This document shows, in pieces, positions 1-12,897 of a DNA stretch of 64,000 nt (positions are counted from its first letter, which is position 1; the number at the start of each line of letters is the position of its first letter). The DNA is from Camelus dromedarius (taxonomy: Eukaryota): contig NC_087436.1 of the NCBI RefSeq assembly GCF_036321535.1, forward strand, positions 84,012,001-84,076,000, given 5' to 3'. Under the pieces are notes generated by a model. That model was not told the origin of the DNA and searched no databases. It saw only the letters and a program-made list of their open reading frames with translations. Both the position numbers and the translations under genes were made by a program.

Positions 1-809
1 AGTTGGAAGTAGGGTTCTCTCAGCAGGGAAAAAGTGATGTGAATAAAAGTGTAAGGCCATGAGATATAGGGAGTCATCCTCTGCTTCTGACAGTGGACAA
101 AGATGCTCAGGCACTTTGGCGGTCACCTGACTCATTTCCTGATCCTGAGCACAACTTCCCAGAACAGATCCCTGATCTCCCTTTTGTGGTACCCTGTGTG
201 TACTGGGAGGCCTGGGTCTTAGAAGTAAACTCGTATGCTGAGAGAGAGCACTAACCCTTTCAGATAATCATGCCCAAGGAGACATAATTTCATAAATGGA
301 ATTTATATAGCTTGAAAAGTTAATGCATCTTCCAAAGTGAGCATCTTAGTCACTTCTCAAGAGCAGGGTAAAACATAAAGCAGAGAATTCTTTCCCCCCA
401 CGAGGTCTGATAAAGCAAATCACCTACATGGAAAGACACTATTTTTGCCTGAGAGATTGGAGCACCTGATGAGTCATAAATCAATAAAAACATAGCCATA
501 AGCTATTTAGTGATTCATTCGTTACTTATGTCTAAAATAAGCTTCCAGCAGAAGAGCATTTTACTTATACCCTCAGATTCTGCTCTAAGACGCACCCATA
601 GAAAAACCTAGGGTCAAATCATGCCTTTGACTGCTAGGATAAAATTCCCATTGACGCAAAACCTCAGGAAATCTGTGGTTTGCAGAAGAAAGGTAACAAT
701 ACCTATCTCACTGCTTCCATTTGAGAAAGCTTTTAGACTTTCTTTTCTGTAACTAAATGAAATTGGATTTTACTTTTCATACTTTTTTATTTTTGAAAAG
801 AAGTTTACT

Positions 810-1432
810 AAGTGTGGCAAACTGTATTTTCCAAAAATGGCCAAAGCAATATTCTCAGGATCAGCTGTTTGCCCTTTGCCATTTCCCCATCAAGAGGAAG
901 AATCTATCTACTTCTCTTCCCTTTGAAACCTGGCAGACCTTTGTGACTGCCTAGATGAAAAGAATGTGTACAAGTGACTTTAGCGTGTCTGTTTCTCTTC
1001 TCCCTTGAACTTGGGTGGAACTTTGTGACTGCCCAAATGATTGCAATGCATGGAAGTGATGCTTCTGAAGGTCAGTTATGAAAAGTGATACAGCTTCCAT
1101 CTGGCTGCCTCTCTTTTGGAATGCTTGCCCTAAAAATCCAACCACCATATTGTCAGGAAGCCCGGGCCACATGGAGAGGCCCTGTGCAGAGGTCCTGGTA
1201 GGCAATCCCAGCTCAGGTCCCAGTCAACAGCTAGTGCCAAGTGACAGACATGGGTGTGAATGAATCTTTAGATGATTCCAGACCCCAGCCTTGGAGCCAC
1301 CCCAGTTGGAGCTGAGTAGAGCAGGGTCAAGATGCCACCCCCCCCCCATAAACTACATATTTGGGAACAAAATTCATCAGTTTAAGTCACTAACTGTTGG
1401 CATTTTTTAACACCGTGGTAGATAACTGGAAC
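810..1432 (+). mobile_element. MLT1-type (MaLR) LTR relic
   Basis: tgtggcaaactgtattttccaaaaatggcca ... tagataactggaaca; contains an internal duplication of ctttgtgactgcc. Confidence 0.7.
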
Positions 1433-3354
1433 AGTGAACAATAGTGAATGAGCAGATTTTTTTCATTTCAAGATGATTTTCAAGATTTAATCAATGCCAC
1501 TTGAATAATTTAAAAAGACTTATTAACCAATTAAGTCTATTGTAAAATAGAAGAAAGCAGAAAGAAGATTCAAGAACTACTGTAGAATGGAGGGAGAGGA
1601 ATCTGTTTCAGAATTACCTCCCACTTCTGATTTCCTATTTTCCTCCATCACCTAAGTTGCTATGCAATAGCCAATTTATTTAGGGAAGACCAGAGCCAGG
1701 AAATTTAAGTAAGGATACCCAAACTTCTATCTGACTTACTTGCCTCAGGCATCCTATTTATTAATATGTAATAAATATTTCACCCAATAAGTGATGCAGA
1801 TTACCTTCCTAGAATCCTCTCCTTCTTCTCATTGTGGACAGATACACAGCCTGCCCCTGGCGATCAGCTTTTCCAGTGCTTTTCTGCCCAGCATAACAGT
1901 AGTTGTCATCCCACATGCTGAACTCCCTCACCCACACCCTAGCCTTTTTTGGCCACGTCCTCTTGTGGCCAATCTTGAGCTACCACTCTCTCAGTTCTTT
2001 TCCTGTGGTCCCCAGTGCTGATGAGGGACATCATAGCTACATGAAGTCATTCTGTGCTTATTTCAAGTCAAGGTTCATGTTATTCAGCAAGACTTTTAAC
2101 ATTTCAGCCTTCTTAAATTGCACATAGTTTGGAAGTTAGCTGTCCCAGACTTTTTCAAAATGCCCTACTTAGACTCAATCCTTCTAATATATGACCTAAA
2201 TCATTTTACACTAAGTTAGAGGTCATTGGAACTCAGTCCTTCTTCTGTGATCTGATATCTTTACATTTTAAAAGCTTTGTCCCTCAGCTCTAGTTTGGAG
2301 TGTGTGTGTGTCATCACTGCTATCCATTTCCTTCTGATGGGGAAAAACAATCTTGCCTTGGACCTCCTTCTGTTCCCCCAGCATATAGTCATGCTTTTCT
2401 GCCTGAATACAGCCTCCTTGGGCCAGCCTACTTCTCACCCAGCACTGACCTTGTGGTCTCTAATATACACATGTACACACACACTGTCACATATCTGAAG
2501 AAAAAAGTCACAAAAATACTCATAATTATCATGAGCATTGTATTCTCTTAAACATGATTCCATTTAATTATATTCTACATTTTAAAATGCTGGCCATGCC
2601 TGCTAGTAGTTTGAGGATCGCAGGGAAAGACTGGGTTACCAGTCTGCAGACAAGTATGAGCCAGACTGAGAAGGAAGAACTAAAGACCAAAGTTGGCATC
2701 AGGAATTTCTTAATAGAGAAGGGACAGCAGATAGCAAACCAAGTTCAAATAACAGACTTAAACAAATCAAGGTGGGACAGACAGAAAAAAAAATTCAAGA
2801 AGCAAGTACATTTAGATTTTTAAATGTGTATATTTAGAGACTGAAATCCAGTGAAAGGGTAAGTGGGCCCTAATTTTAAACACGGTGGGATTGGTGCCAC
2901 ATGGAGGAGACAGAGAAGAGCTCATTTCACATTCCCTGCTGGGCTGCTGGAGCATCCTGTTTTGCCTGAGAGATCTGCAGACGACTTGAGCAAATGCTTG
3001 TGGATAAGAAATCTAGAAAAGTTAGACTGGCAAATTCAGAAAGATTAGAAAGAAGGCAGATACACAGCCCCTCTGTTGAGGGAAATTTTAACAGTTGGAG
3101 CATCTTTGTGAATGAAGGTGGATACAAAGACCAGGGAAGGAAACTGCCTGGTTTAGAAAAAGCCTAAGGCTTATCGAATCCCATGTAGGATGCAGCATTT
3201 GAGGACAGAGACCAAACGAAGGCCTATTGTCTAAAGAACAAATGCAGAAAATTGTGCCAAAATTTCCTGGGTCTCTGATCCCGCACAGGTGGAAGGCAAG
3301 GGGACTTACAGTAGAAGGACCACTGGCCAAAATATGGAGGATTATTCTTAACTG

Positions 3355-3512
3355 TTCTGTGCCTCAGTTTCCCAAACTGTAAAATGTGGACCATAATAGA
3401 ATCTCCCTCATAGGATAATTGGAAGGATTAAATGAAATGATATCTGTAAAGGGTTTAGAATAGGGCCTGCCATATGATAAGCATTAAGTAAGTGTTCCTG
3501 CTATAGTTATTT
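3355..3512. mobile_element. MIR relic (others at about 4840-5040, 25890-26050 and 59095-59280)
   Basis: MIR core: ctgtgcctcagtttccc...ctgtaaaatg...gaaggattaaatga. Confidence 0.7.
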
Positions 3513-5542
3513 TTACTGCAAAATTCAAATAGTATCAAATCTTGATTCCAAAGGTTCTAGTTGCTTTGACTCTCTAAAGTTGCTGAATGACTTCATCAAC
3601 TGAGGCTTCAGCTTGAATAGGATGGAGAAAGGTCCATGTTTTGGGAGAATCTCCATTTCTTTTCAGCTCCAGTGACATTCCTGGCCTCTTCCCAGCCCCT
3701 CATCACTGTTCCTGGGAAAGAGAAGTTGTTTGTTTATTGAGTTTGAAAAAACTGCTTAGAATGTGCCATTTTATATGTGTCCTCTTTCACTTTGGGTTGC
3801 AACTTGCCTGCCAGAAGTATTAATTTTCTACTTCTCCATGTTATAAACCTGCAAGATCAGGCCTATGATTGCCCAGAACTGCTTGTTACTGGCTGGAACA
3901 TTTGTCTAATTCAAGGGTGAAGTAGAGGAGGCCTGTTGTGGCCATAAATCTAAGACAAGTCATGCCTTCCAATCAGAAATTTATTATAATAAAACATACC
4001 ATACTATCTGAGCTCTGTGCCTTTGTCTCAGGTGGTTTTGAACCCAGGAAGGGAAGGGAATGGTACTATTTTGTGACTTCTAAATCTTGGGAGAGAAAAC
4101 TCATGCAAGGCATTAAAGTTTTAATTTCAAAGCAAGTAAGCACTTTATAAAAGGTATACTATTACATTTAGATGTTTATTTCTTTCCTGTGTTGATCTTT
4201 TTGGATACTCAAATTTTTATTTCCTCCTGACACTGTATAGCTGATTAAGCCATCAGCAACTTTAATAATGTATTCTATTTTCACAAAAGGATGTTTTCCT
4301 AACATGTGCTCTATCCATGCCCAATGAGTCCTTGGTAGCCACCCCAAATGGAAGCCATTTTCCATAGTGATAATTAATGACAAAAGTGCCATTCCTGTCA
4401 CATTCAACCCTATGTCTCAATCAATATTCCCAACATATGGCAGCCTAATGAATCACTTGTATGTATTAGTAAAGTGCATCTGTCCAAAGCAGTCGTTCTC
4501 CACCAGTAGGGTATTTCTGATTCACTTTGGGAGCTTTCTTAAACTGCACAGTAACATCGTTCACTTCTCTAGCACAAGATTCTAGCCACCTTATGGTCAT
4601 AAGTAATCTCCAGTTACATTGGAAAATAGACTGACAGGTTCTTAATTTGTCCTCTTCATTTATATTTTCTATGCTTGTGTGTCCTGATTTCTGAGTCTTT
4701 CAACCTTAGTTACTTCTTATTTTATTCTAACCTATGTCCTATTGTCAAGTTTACATCAAATTGGTCTTTTACTTGTTGGGGTTGATATTACTTAATGGCT
4801 CCGAGTGTGGAATTTTATGAAAATCTGGATTAAGGACTAGGGCCTGCCTCTGTGTAACTTTTCTTAATCAGTCTTAAGCCCCGATTTCCTTATCTATAAA
4901 ACAGAGACCGAAGGAGTATCTATAGCATAAGGTTATTGTGAGGATTAAAAGACAAAATGAGCTGATGTATATAAAGTGCCTGGCAAAATGTGCAACCCAA
5001 ATATATGAAAAATAGTAAGTGTTCAATAGTGTTGTTATTATCTTGTATTAATTTCAAGAGGAGAGATTTTCCCTTTAATCTTTGTCTAATAATCTTTTAT
5101 TATTTCCTACTTTCTATTTTGCTTTCCATCTCAAGTGGCTTTACATGACAATTACCTGTTTTATTCAAGGGAATAAACTTACTACTTTATTAGCTTCAAT
5201 TGGAATTAATTAAATAACCAAGCCAACTATACAGTAATGGACAATTTATCTCACATAATTCTTTTAATATATATTTTTGAGTGCCTGTCAATTGACTGGA
5301 GTCTGTAAGATTCCTTTCCTTAAACTGTATCATTTACTTTAAAATATTTTACTATTTCAGACTGGCCTTCCCCAATTATTCTGAATTAATTATGTGTGTC
5401 TATATAAGAAACAATAAACTGATCTCATTTGGTCTATAATGAACCATAGCATGGAAAACCTCAGTGCCAATTTATCCATCCAGTGATGAATATTCCCACA
5501 TGAAGCGTCACCCCGTTCCATCTTCCATGCTTTACTAAGAAT

Positions 5543-5690
5543 TAGAGCTGCCAGATGAAATGCAAGATGCCCAATTAAATTTGAATTTCAGACAAAAAAA
5601 AAAAAGAATATATGTCCCAACTGTTGCAGAGGGTATACTTCCACAGCACTATTCATTATTTAACTGAAATTCAAATTTAGCTGGCATTGC
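5543..5690. mobile_element. MER53-like palindromic MITE
   Basis: Inverted arms gatgcccaattaaatttgaatttcag and ctgaaattcaaatttagctggcat. Confidence 0.65.
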
Positions 5691-8069
5691 TAAATCTTGC
5701 TAAGGATGCTAGCAGAAATGAGAAAACTGAAATAAAGGTAATTCATTTAGTAAGACTGCTAAACTTAGAGATTGCTGGGCCATGCTCTTCTCTTGTGTTT
5801 CTATAAATATTTAACTTGATCAACCAGTTATTTGCTATAACTGAAGAAAAAGCTGCCTGTGTTCCCTCACTTTGTGGTTAGAGGGGACATAGCTCAATCT
5901 ACAAATCCAGGACCAGAATGTTGTTGGCAGTCATGCTAGTCAGACTTAATGGATATAATATCAAAGGCCCAATTCAAGCCTGCTGTCTTTCCAGGGGCCC
6001 TAAGCCCCACCCTGCTTTTCTACCTTCCTGAATCCTGTCTGTGTACAATTCCTCCATTGATTTCTCAGGCTTCATCTGGAGTTCTACCTGGGTAGAGCTG
6101 GCAGGATCAGATTAACACACCAAACACAGAAAATAGCCCCATACATAGATTGGTGCGAAAAGGCTATGAGATCAGTACCTTACAGTGACTTTTGCCTATA
6201 ATTTAGCTGTCAGCTTCAGTTCTTTGAGCTCAGACTTAATGACCAGGTAACACAAACCTCAGTTTTAGAAGGAATTAATTTGGCTATGGGCCTCTTTCTG
6301 TAAACTCCCTCTCTCTTTTTTGCAGTGCACAATTTTGACTTTCATTCTGTAAATATCCAGTCATCATTATTGTCTTTAAAGTATCTTTGCTTGGCCTCTG
6401 GTCTTGCCATGTACCCCGGTGACAGGGCCAAGGTAACTAAGTCGTGGAAACTGCATACTGAGCTGATAAGAAGAAAGGAAAAGGATCATCTGCTGAGTTC
6501 TGATTGTACTCTCAATCAGGAAAACTGCTGGAGCCTACGATAATGGGCCGGCCGTTGCCTTTCTTCAATTAAGTGTGTGTTTCCTCTTCTACCTGGAAAA
6601 AAAAAGGCATAAAAACATTTTCTATTAGAGTAACTCTCCTGGAAATGTCTGCATTGTCTCCTAGAAAGGGGGCATCAGTTAACTACCCAGTGGTACATTC
6701 CTACAGGAAAAAAGAGCTATTGGCCTATCTATAGGGCATAACTCTCAATGATGAAGATAGTAAATTTGAAGGATTAGGTGGCTGGACCTGTTTCTACAGA
6801 CTAACATTCATAGTTAAAGTTACAGGGTTATACTACAGTGGGGGAACAGTGATTAGCTTAGGTAGTACACATACACACACAAATATCTCAAACTTGCTAT
6901 TTGCATTAAAGCAGGATTCTTCCAAAAAATAATTATAAAAAGAATCATTGATTATCAAAAATGGAGTATCATAAAAAACAAAGATTAATATACATATATG
7001 AATTGGATACTGGCTCATAAAAAGGGGAAGATGAAGATTACAATATATTTAAAATATATTTCATATTGTATAAATAGTTTAATGAAGACTGAACCCTAGA
7101 ATAACATATACCTTTCTTCATGTGAATGACACGTTATATAACCCAAACATACACATGGCACTTTGCATAGACGTGTGTGGGTGTTCAAACAGTATATTTT
7201 CCTCTAAGATGGGGGTTAGTGAATTACAGCTCATAGAGTGGATGTTTGTTTTTGTAAAGGAAGTTTTATTAGAACACAGACACCCCGTCTGTTTATGTAT
7301 TGTTCGTGGCTCCTTTCACACTACACAGTGGACGTGAGTAGTTCCAATAGTGATTATATGGCCCACAAAAAATTTTGGTAAGACACAAATATGTATCTGA
7401 TCTTTTAAAGGAAAAAGCAAAGACATGGGTATGGTATCTGTAGCTATAAAAAAATCATGTCTGTTTTAACAATTTCATAACATGAAATTCAATTTAGCTC
7501 TTTAGTGTTGACAGAGGAATAAGAAAGAAAGCCAGCTACTGGGTAAAGATTTTAATGTGCATAGAGATGTGTAGAAGAAACTTCCCTAGATGTCCACTCC
7601 AAGTTTCCTCTTCTCTTTATAATTTTATTTATATTTCTCCCTGCTCATTTTTATTATTCTGTTTCTAGCTTCTTGTCATTTATCTCTGTTCTACCTGTTT
7701 CTACATTTTCCACATTTCCACCATTTTCCACTATATTTAAATTTAAATTTGGGATTCATGTAAAAGCATAAGGACTTTTTGCATAGAAGATGTATTTACC
7801 CATATCTGTATGAGCAGTGTTGAAAACTTTTCACCTCTAATGAACTAAAAAGATAAACTGAGTAAGATGAATAGGCCTCTTGACAGTTTCCCTGACATTT
7901 GTTTGATGTTACGTAACAGTAAAGCACAGAAAATCCTATTTGGTTCAATATACTTGTAATAAGCTTTGGTGGTAACCGTGATAATTTTTCAGACTTTGGA
8001 GACTGAAAGGCAAATAAGATAGGTCCAGATTTCTTGTTGTTCTCTTTCATACATCTTGCACTTCCTTCT

Positions 8070-8254
8070 TAAAAAAAAATTTTTTTTAATCGAAGAATAG
8101 TCGGTTTACAATGTTGTGTTAATTTCTGGTGTATAGCATAGTGATTCGGTTATACATATCCATGTATTTCTTTCCATATTCTTTTTTATTATAGGTTATT
8201 GCAAGATATTGAATATAGTTCCCTGTGCTATACAGTAGAACCTTGTTGTTTACT
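8070..8254 (-). mobile_element. Short L1 3' end
   Basis: L1 3'UTR motifs (tacaatgttgtgttaatttctggtgtatagc; gaatatagttccctgtgctatacagtag). TSD TTGCACTT(C/T)CTTCT at 8056-8069 and 8255-8268. Confidence 0.85.
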
Positions 8255-10427
8255 TTGCACTTTCTTCTAAGCGGTTAGGATCATTTGTCCTTTGTGTGTG
8301 CAAGTGGGTGTGATTTAACTAGATCTTGCTCTAGATTCATCTCCATGAAGACCTGGAGGACGTCTGTTGTGCTTACACTTTTATTCCCAGTGCCTATTGT
8401 ATACTAGGTCCTCCAAGAATATTTATCGAACTGCTTGAATGAATGACAGAGGGTCATTGAAACATTTTAGTAATTAGAAGGACAAGCTCACTTAAGTCTT
8501 ACCTAAGTGATTCTAGTAGTAGTTTAAAGTTTAGATTTATAGGCTGTCACTCTGAGACTGAGCTGGATCTTATAATATTCCAAGACAGAAAATTCAGAAA
8601 ATTCTTTAATTAAAGAAACATTAATTGAACATGCTTTATAGGCTAGATATTGTTTTCAGTATTGGACAATCAAGACAAACTTGATTAAGACACAGTCTTT
8701 ACAATTTAAGATGCCTATGAAATGTGTAGTGAATTCTGATTAGAAAACTCAAAGGAAAGTATTTAATGGAGAAGACGGCATTTGAGAAGGGCATTGAGGG
8801 ATGAATAGGAATCTGATTGGGAGAAAGAGAATTACACGCTGTGGGAGTAAATAAAGCCAAAGACGGTAGAAGGCAATGCTTGCCACTGGCCGGCAAGCGG
8901 TCTACTGTGAGAGCAGCACTCAGGGAAAGTAACATCTTGAATTACCAGGGAAGGTGGCAACACTCTTACTCTGACAAAAAGTGAGCGGGAAGCACTGAAA
9001 GTTTCCCAGGGGGTATAACGTGATATAATTCATGTTTTAGGAAGAGAAGTTTGGTGGCTGTATCAGGAGTAGGCTACAGGTAAGAAATCTGGTAAGAAGC
9101 CCATGGGAATAGCTCCACATTTAGACAATAAAATACTGAACTAATGAATTCAGCATGGTGGAAGAGAGGAAGACCAAACACTAGGACACTGAGGAGAGAA
9201 GGATCAACAAATCTGGACATGGTGTGAGAGTTCGGGGTAAACTGAAGCTAGCACTGTTGGAAGATTCCAGTTCACTGGCATTTTCCAAATATGAAAGAGA
9301 GGATGGAACCTATTCAGGATGAAAGATAGCAGGACCCCCTTTTGGCTGCAAGAAATGTGGGTCATGGGTTAAAATACAGACTGGATAAGGTTGTTCTCTC
9401 AGAATGCACTTCAGTCTTCAAGTACTTCAAGATGAACCATTCTGAAGTCAGTGAGAGTCACTTTACGTGTTGTATAATACTTATCTTTACTCCACTTGAC
9501 ATTGAGAAGTTGCAGTGCTAAGAAGGGGAATCATGACAGTGATAAAAAGGAAAACTAAGTGTGTTGTTTGAATTGACAATTATGCCATAAAGTTAGCTGT
9601 TGAAGTCTTTTTTTTTCCCATCATTTTTGTTTCCACACTTGTTGAACCAGGGAATAGATTAAGTGCAATCAATGGGGTTTATTTTTTTACAGTAAGTTGA
9701 TAAGCTGGCTATAATTGTATGAATTAGGATACCAAAACACTGATAGGATTCCCAAAATCAACAGCCATCTATTTTCTAAAGTTATAGGGGAAAAGTACTG
9801 AATAAAATGCACAGGTAATTTAAAATCATCATTTAAGCTAGTAATTGGAATGAATTTCTTTAATAAATTCTTTAACTGGGTAGCAAATAGGATTTAAACT
9901 TCATTTCTTCAACCATTAAACAATCATAATAACACCAGATTGTAGAAGAGGGAAGGAAAAAAAAAAGGTAACTGTTTACTTGATAGGATCTTAATAGTTA
10001 CTTTTTTAATGTAATGTAAAGAAATTTGGTCTTTCATGTGTAGGAAAACAAAATAAGATATTTATGTAATTCACCAGTTTGAGAGTATGAAAGGCATGAA
10101 CCCAGAAATAAATACTTCTCCAAGCCAGTCTGGTTCTTTGCCCCATGATAGCTACCGCCCTTCCCAACCCCTCAGGTGTGCCTCTTACTTCTCGACTACT
10201 TGCCTGGATCCGATTTACCAGCCCAGCTTTGGTGGGATCTATGTGAGCAGCTCCCGTCTATTTTTGTGCTTTTTCCTCAGTCATGTAATTGGGATTCTTC
10301 ATTGTTCTAGGAGCTATTCCTGTCAATTCACGTTAGGTGCTTTCAACATCATGACAGGTTCTAGGGATAAAATGATGAATAAGACAGCTGTCACAATTTA
10401 TAAAGGGAGAAAAATGAAACATGAACA

Positions 10428-10569
10428 ATAATATTGGATGATAATTGCACCCAGCTATGTACCCATTATAGAGGTGGCAGAGAGAAAAGAGTGATTATAT
10501 AATATTGGATGATAATTGCACCCAGTTATGTACCCATTATAGAGGTGGTAGAGAGGAAAGAGTGATTAT
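10428..10569. repeat. 71-bp tandem duplication
   Basis: 10428-10498 and 10499-10569 differ at 3 positions. Confidence 0.95.
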
Positions 10570-12299
10570 GCCTGTGTTATGGGCACTGAAAAGGCTTTAT
10601 AGAGGAGGAGACATCAAGACTGTGTTTTCAAAGACTAATTCAAATTTTCAGATTCAACAGAAGGCAATATGGGGAGATTGGGAATAGGTATTCCAGGTGG
10701 AAGGACAAAAAAAAAAGGCATGAAAAAATTAAAATGTTTGCCACACTTTTTGTAACTAACCTCTGTTTTGGTTCCTCTTCCCATTTGCCATTCTTACAAT
10801 TTGCGAAAGTCCCATTCTCCTCCAAAAGAACTGAGTTCTGCCCCTGAACAGCAATCCTTTTTGATTGTGGCCATTAGAATTCCCTGAAGCTGCCTTTCAG
10901 CCCCAGATCCTGATCTGAATGTCACCTACCCCAAATCCCCTATTTCTGCATCTATTTTCTAACTTGGATACCTACTTGCCTGAACTAAAATGCTGTGGCT
11001 GTGACTCGAATACTGAGCTTTGTCTCTGTTGTAGATCAAGTGCCCTTGATCTACAACATCAAGGGAACGTTTAGTTAAGGATTCAGGTGCAAGTGATTTA
11101 GAAAGGAGGGCTGCCTGGAGAAACAAGTGAGCAGATGGAGGAGAAGCAGCCAAGCAATGGTGTGATTTCAGGTGTATCTTCAGGCTCAGCCTGACCCCAC
11201 AGGTAGCTCTGGAGTATGAATAAGCTTTCAGAGACTGTCTCATCTGGGGGAAAGGAGTGGGGATTTTGTTCCCACCTAGGAATCAGCCATTGGCTACAGG
11301 TAGACCTGGCAGTCTGTGTATGTGGGGACCTAACCTGCCAGGCACTTCTGGGCAAGGTAACTCCAATACACAAGGGTGAGCCTCTGAAAGTCACAGGCTC
11401 AGCTGTTAGCAGCACTGTAGTCAGAAGACGGTGAATGCTGGGAAAGAGGATCAGAGGGGAGCAGGGGAGGTGAGTGTCCACTGCAGCCTCACGCTGCATC
11501 TTCCTCGTGTTCAGTGTTCATGCCTCGGATGCCTATTGGGCAGGGATGCTTTGGCTGCCTGAATCTCCTCGGACTTTTCCTTCTTGCTAGAATTAGCTGG
11601 GCTCTCTCTGCTGGGCCAGTTTAAAATGCCTGCATTCCTGGGAAGCTATAGACCTTTCAAAGACAACAAAAACTGAAGGTATTTTTACTTCTTAGGAGGC
11701 TAGTAAAATTTCAGAGGAGCGGAAAGCTTTTGGTTGCTATCAAAATACAGTTCTACGTTGAATACAGAATTTGAAACTTAAATAAGCACAAAATAAAGGT
11801 AAGATTGATCTTTGGATTTCAAAAGCATAGGCTGTTTCCTAATCAGTATCCAAAGCAAGGGAAAGTATTTCGAGGATATTTTGTATTCTGATTTATTATG
11901 CTACAAATTCAATCTTTCTGATTAGAAAGTTTATTCTTGCTACAATATAAAAGCAAGTGTAGGACAAGGGTACACAGCTAAATAAATTTTTATAAATTCA
12001 ATCAGAATTTAAAAATATTTTAAGCCATGAAACTTAATACTGTATGATTAGTATTTAGAAGTAATGTAGAAAATAGATGTGCCTTTTTCTCTATTATTCT
12101 TATGTGAGGATTATCCTAGTCATTTTCTCTCCTTTCTTCCTCTTTCTCTGAAATGAAATATTTTAAAAATCTCAAATTACAGGAGTTATAAAGATGTACA
12201 TTTGTATATATCTATAAGAAAGACAAATAATGATGTACTTATGTGGCAGAAATTTGTTGAAATTAACAACTTTCAAGTCAAATTAGAAAGCTAGTATTG

Positions 12300-12897
12300 T
12301 ATAAATATACCACAGATTTATCCACTCCTCTGTCAATGGACATTTAGGTTGTTTTCATGTCTTGGCTATTGTATATAGTGCTGCAATGAACATTGGGGTG
12401 CATGTATCTTTTCAAATTAGTTTATACAATGGAATACTACTCACCCATAAAAAGAGTAAAATAATGCCATTTGCAGCAACATAGATGGACCTGGAGATGA
12501 TCATTCCAAGTGAAGTAAGCCAGAAAGAGAAAGAAAAATACCATACGATATCATTTACATATGGAACTAAAAAAAAAAAAGGAAGACACTAATGAACTTA
12601 TCTGCAAAACAGAAACAGATTCATAGACATAGTAAACAAACTTATGGTTAGCAGGGAAAGCAGGTGGGAGGGGACAAATTGGGAGTTTGAGATTTGCAAA
12701 TATTAACTACTATACATAAAATAGATAAATAAATTTTCTCTGTGTAGCACAGAGAACTATATTTAATATCTTACAGTAACCTATAGTGAAGAAATACGGA
12801 AATGAATATATGTATGTATATATATGACTAAAACATTATATTGTACATCAGAAATTGACACATTATAACTGACTATACTTCAATTTAAAAAAAAAAA
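12300..12897 (+). mobile_element. 5'-inverted L1 3' fragment (twin-priming structure)
   Basis: 12300-12421 is antisense L1 and 12422-12897 is sense L1 ending in polyA. TSD AAAGCTAG(T/C)ATTG at 12287-12299 and 12895-12907. Confidence 0.88.

Noticed and set aside
10087..11499. ORFs of 114, 94 and 133 aa in the left region
   Set aside because: No recognisable homology or exon structure; lengths are compatible with chance.
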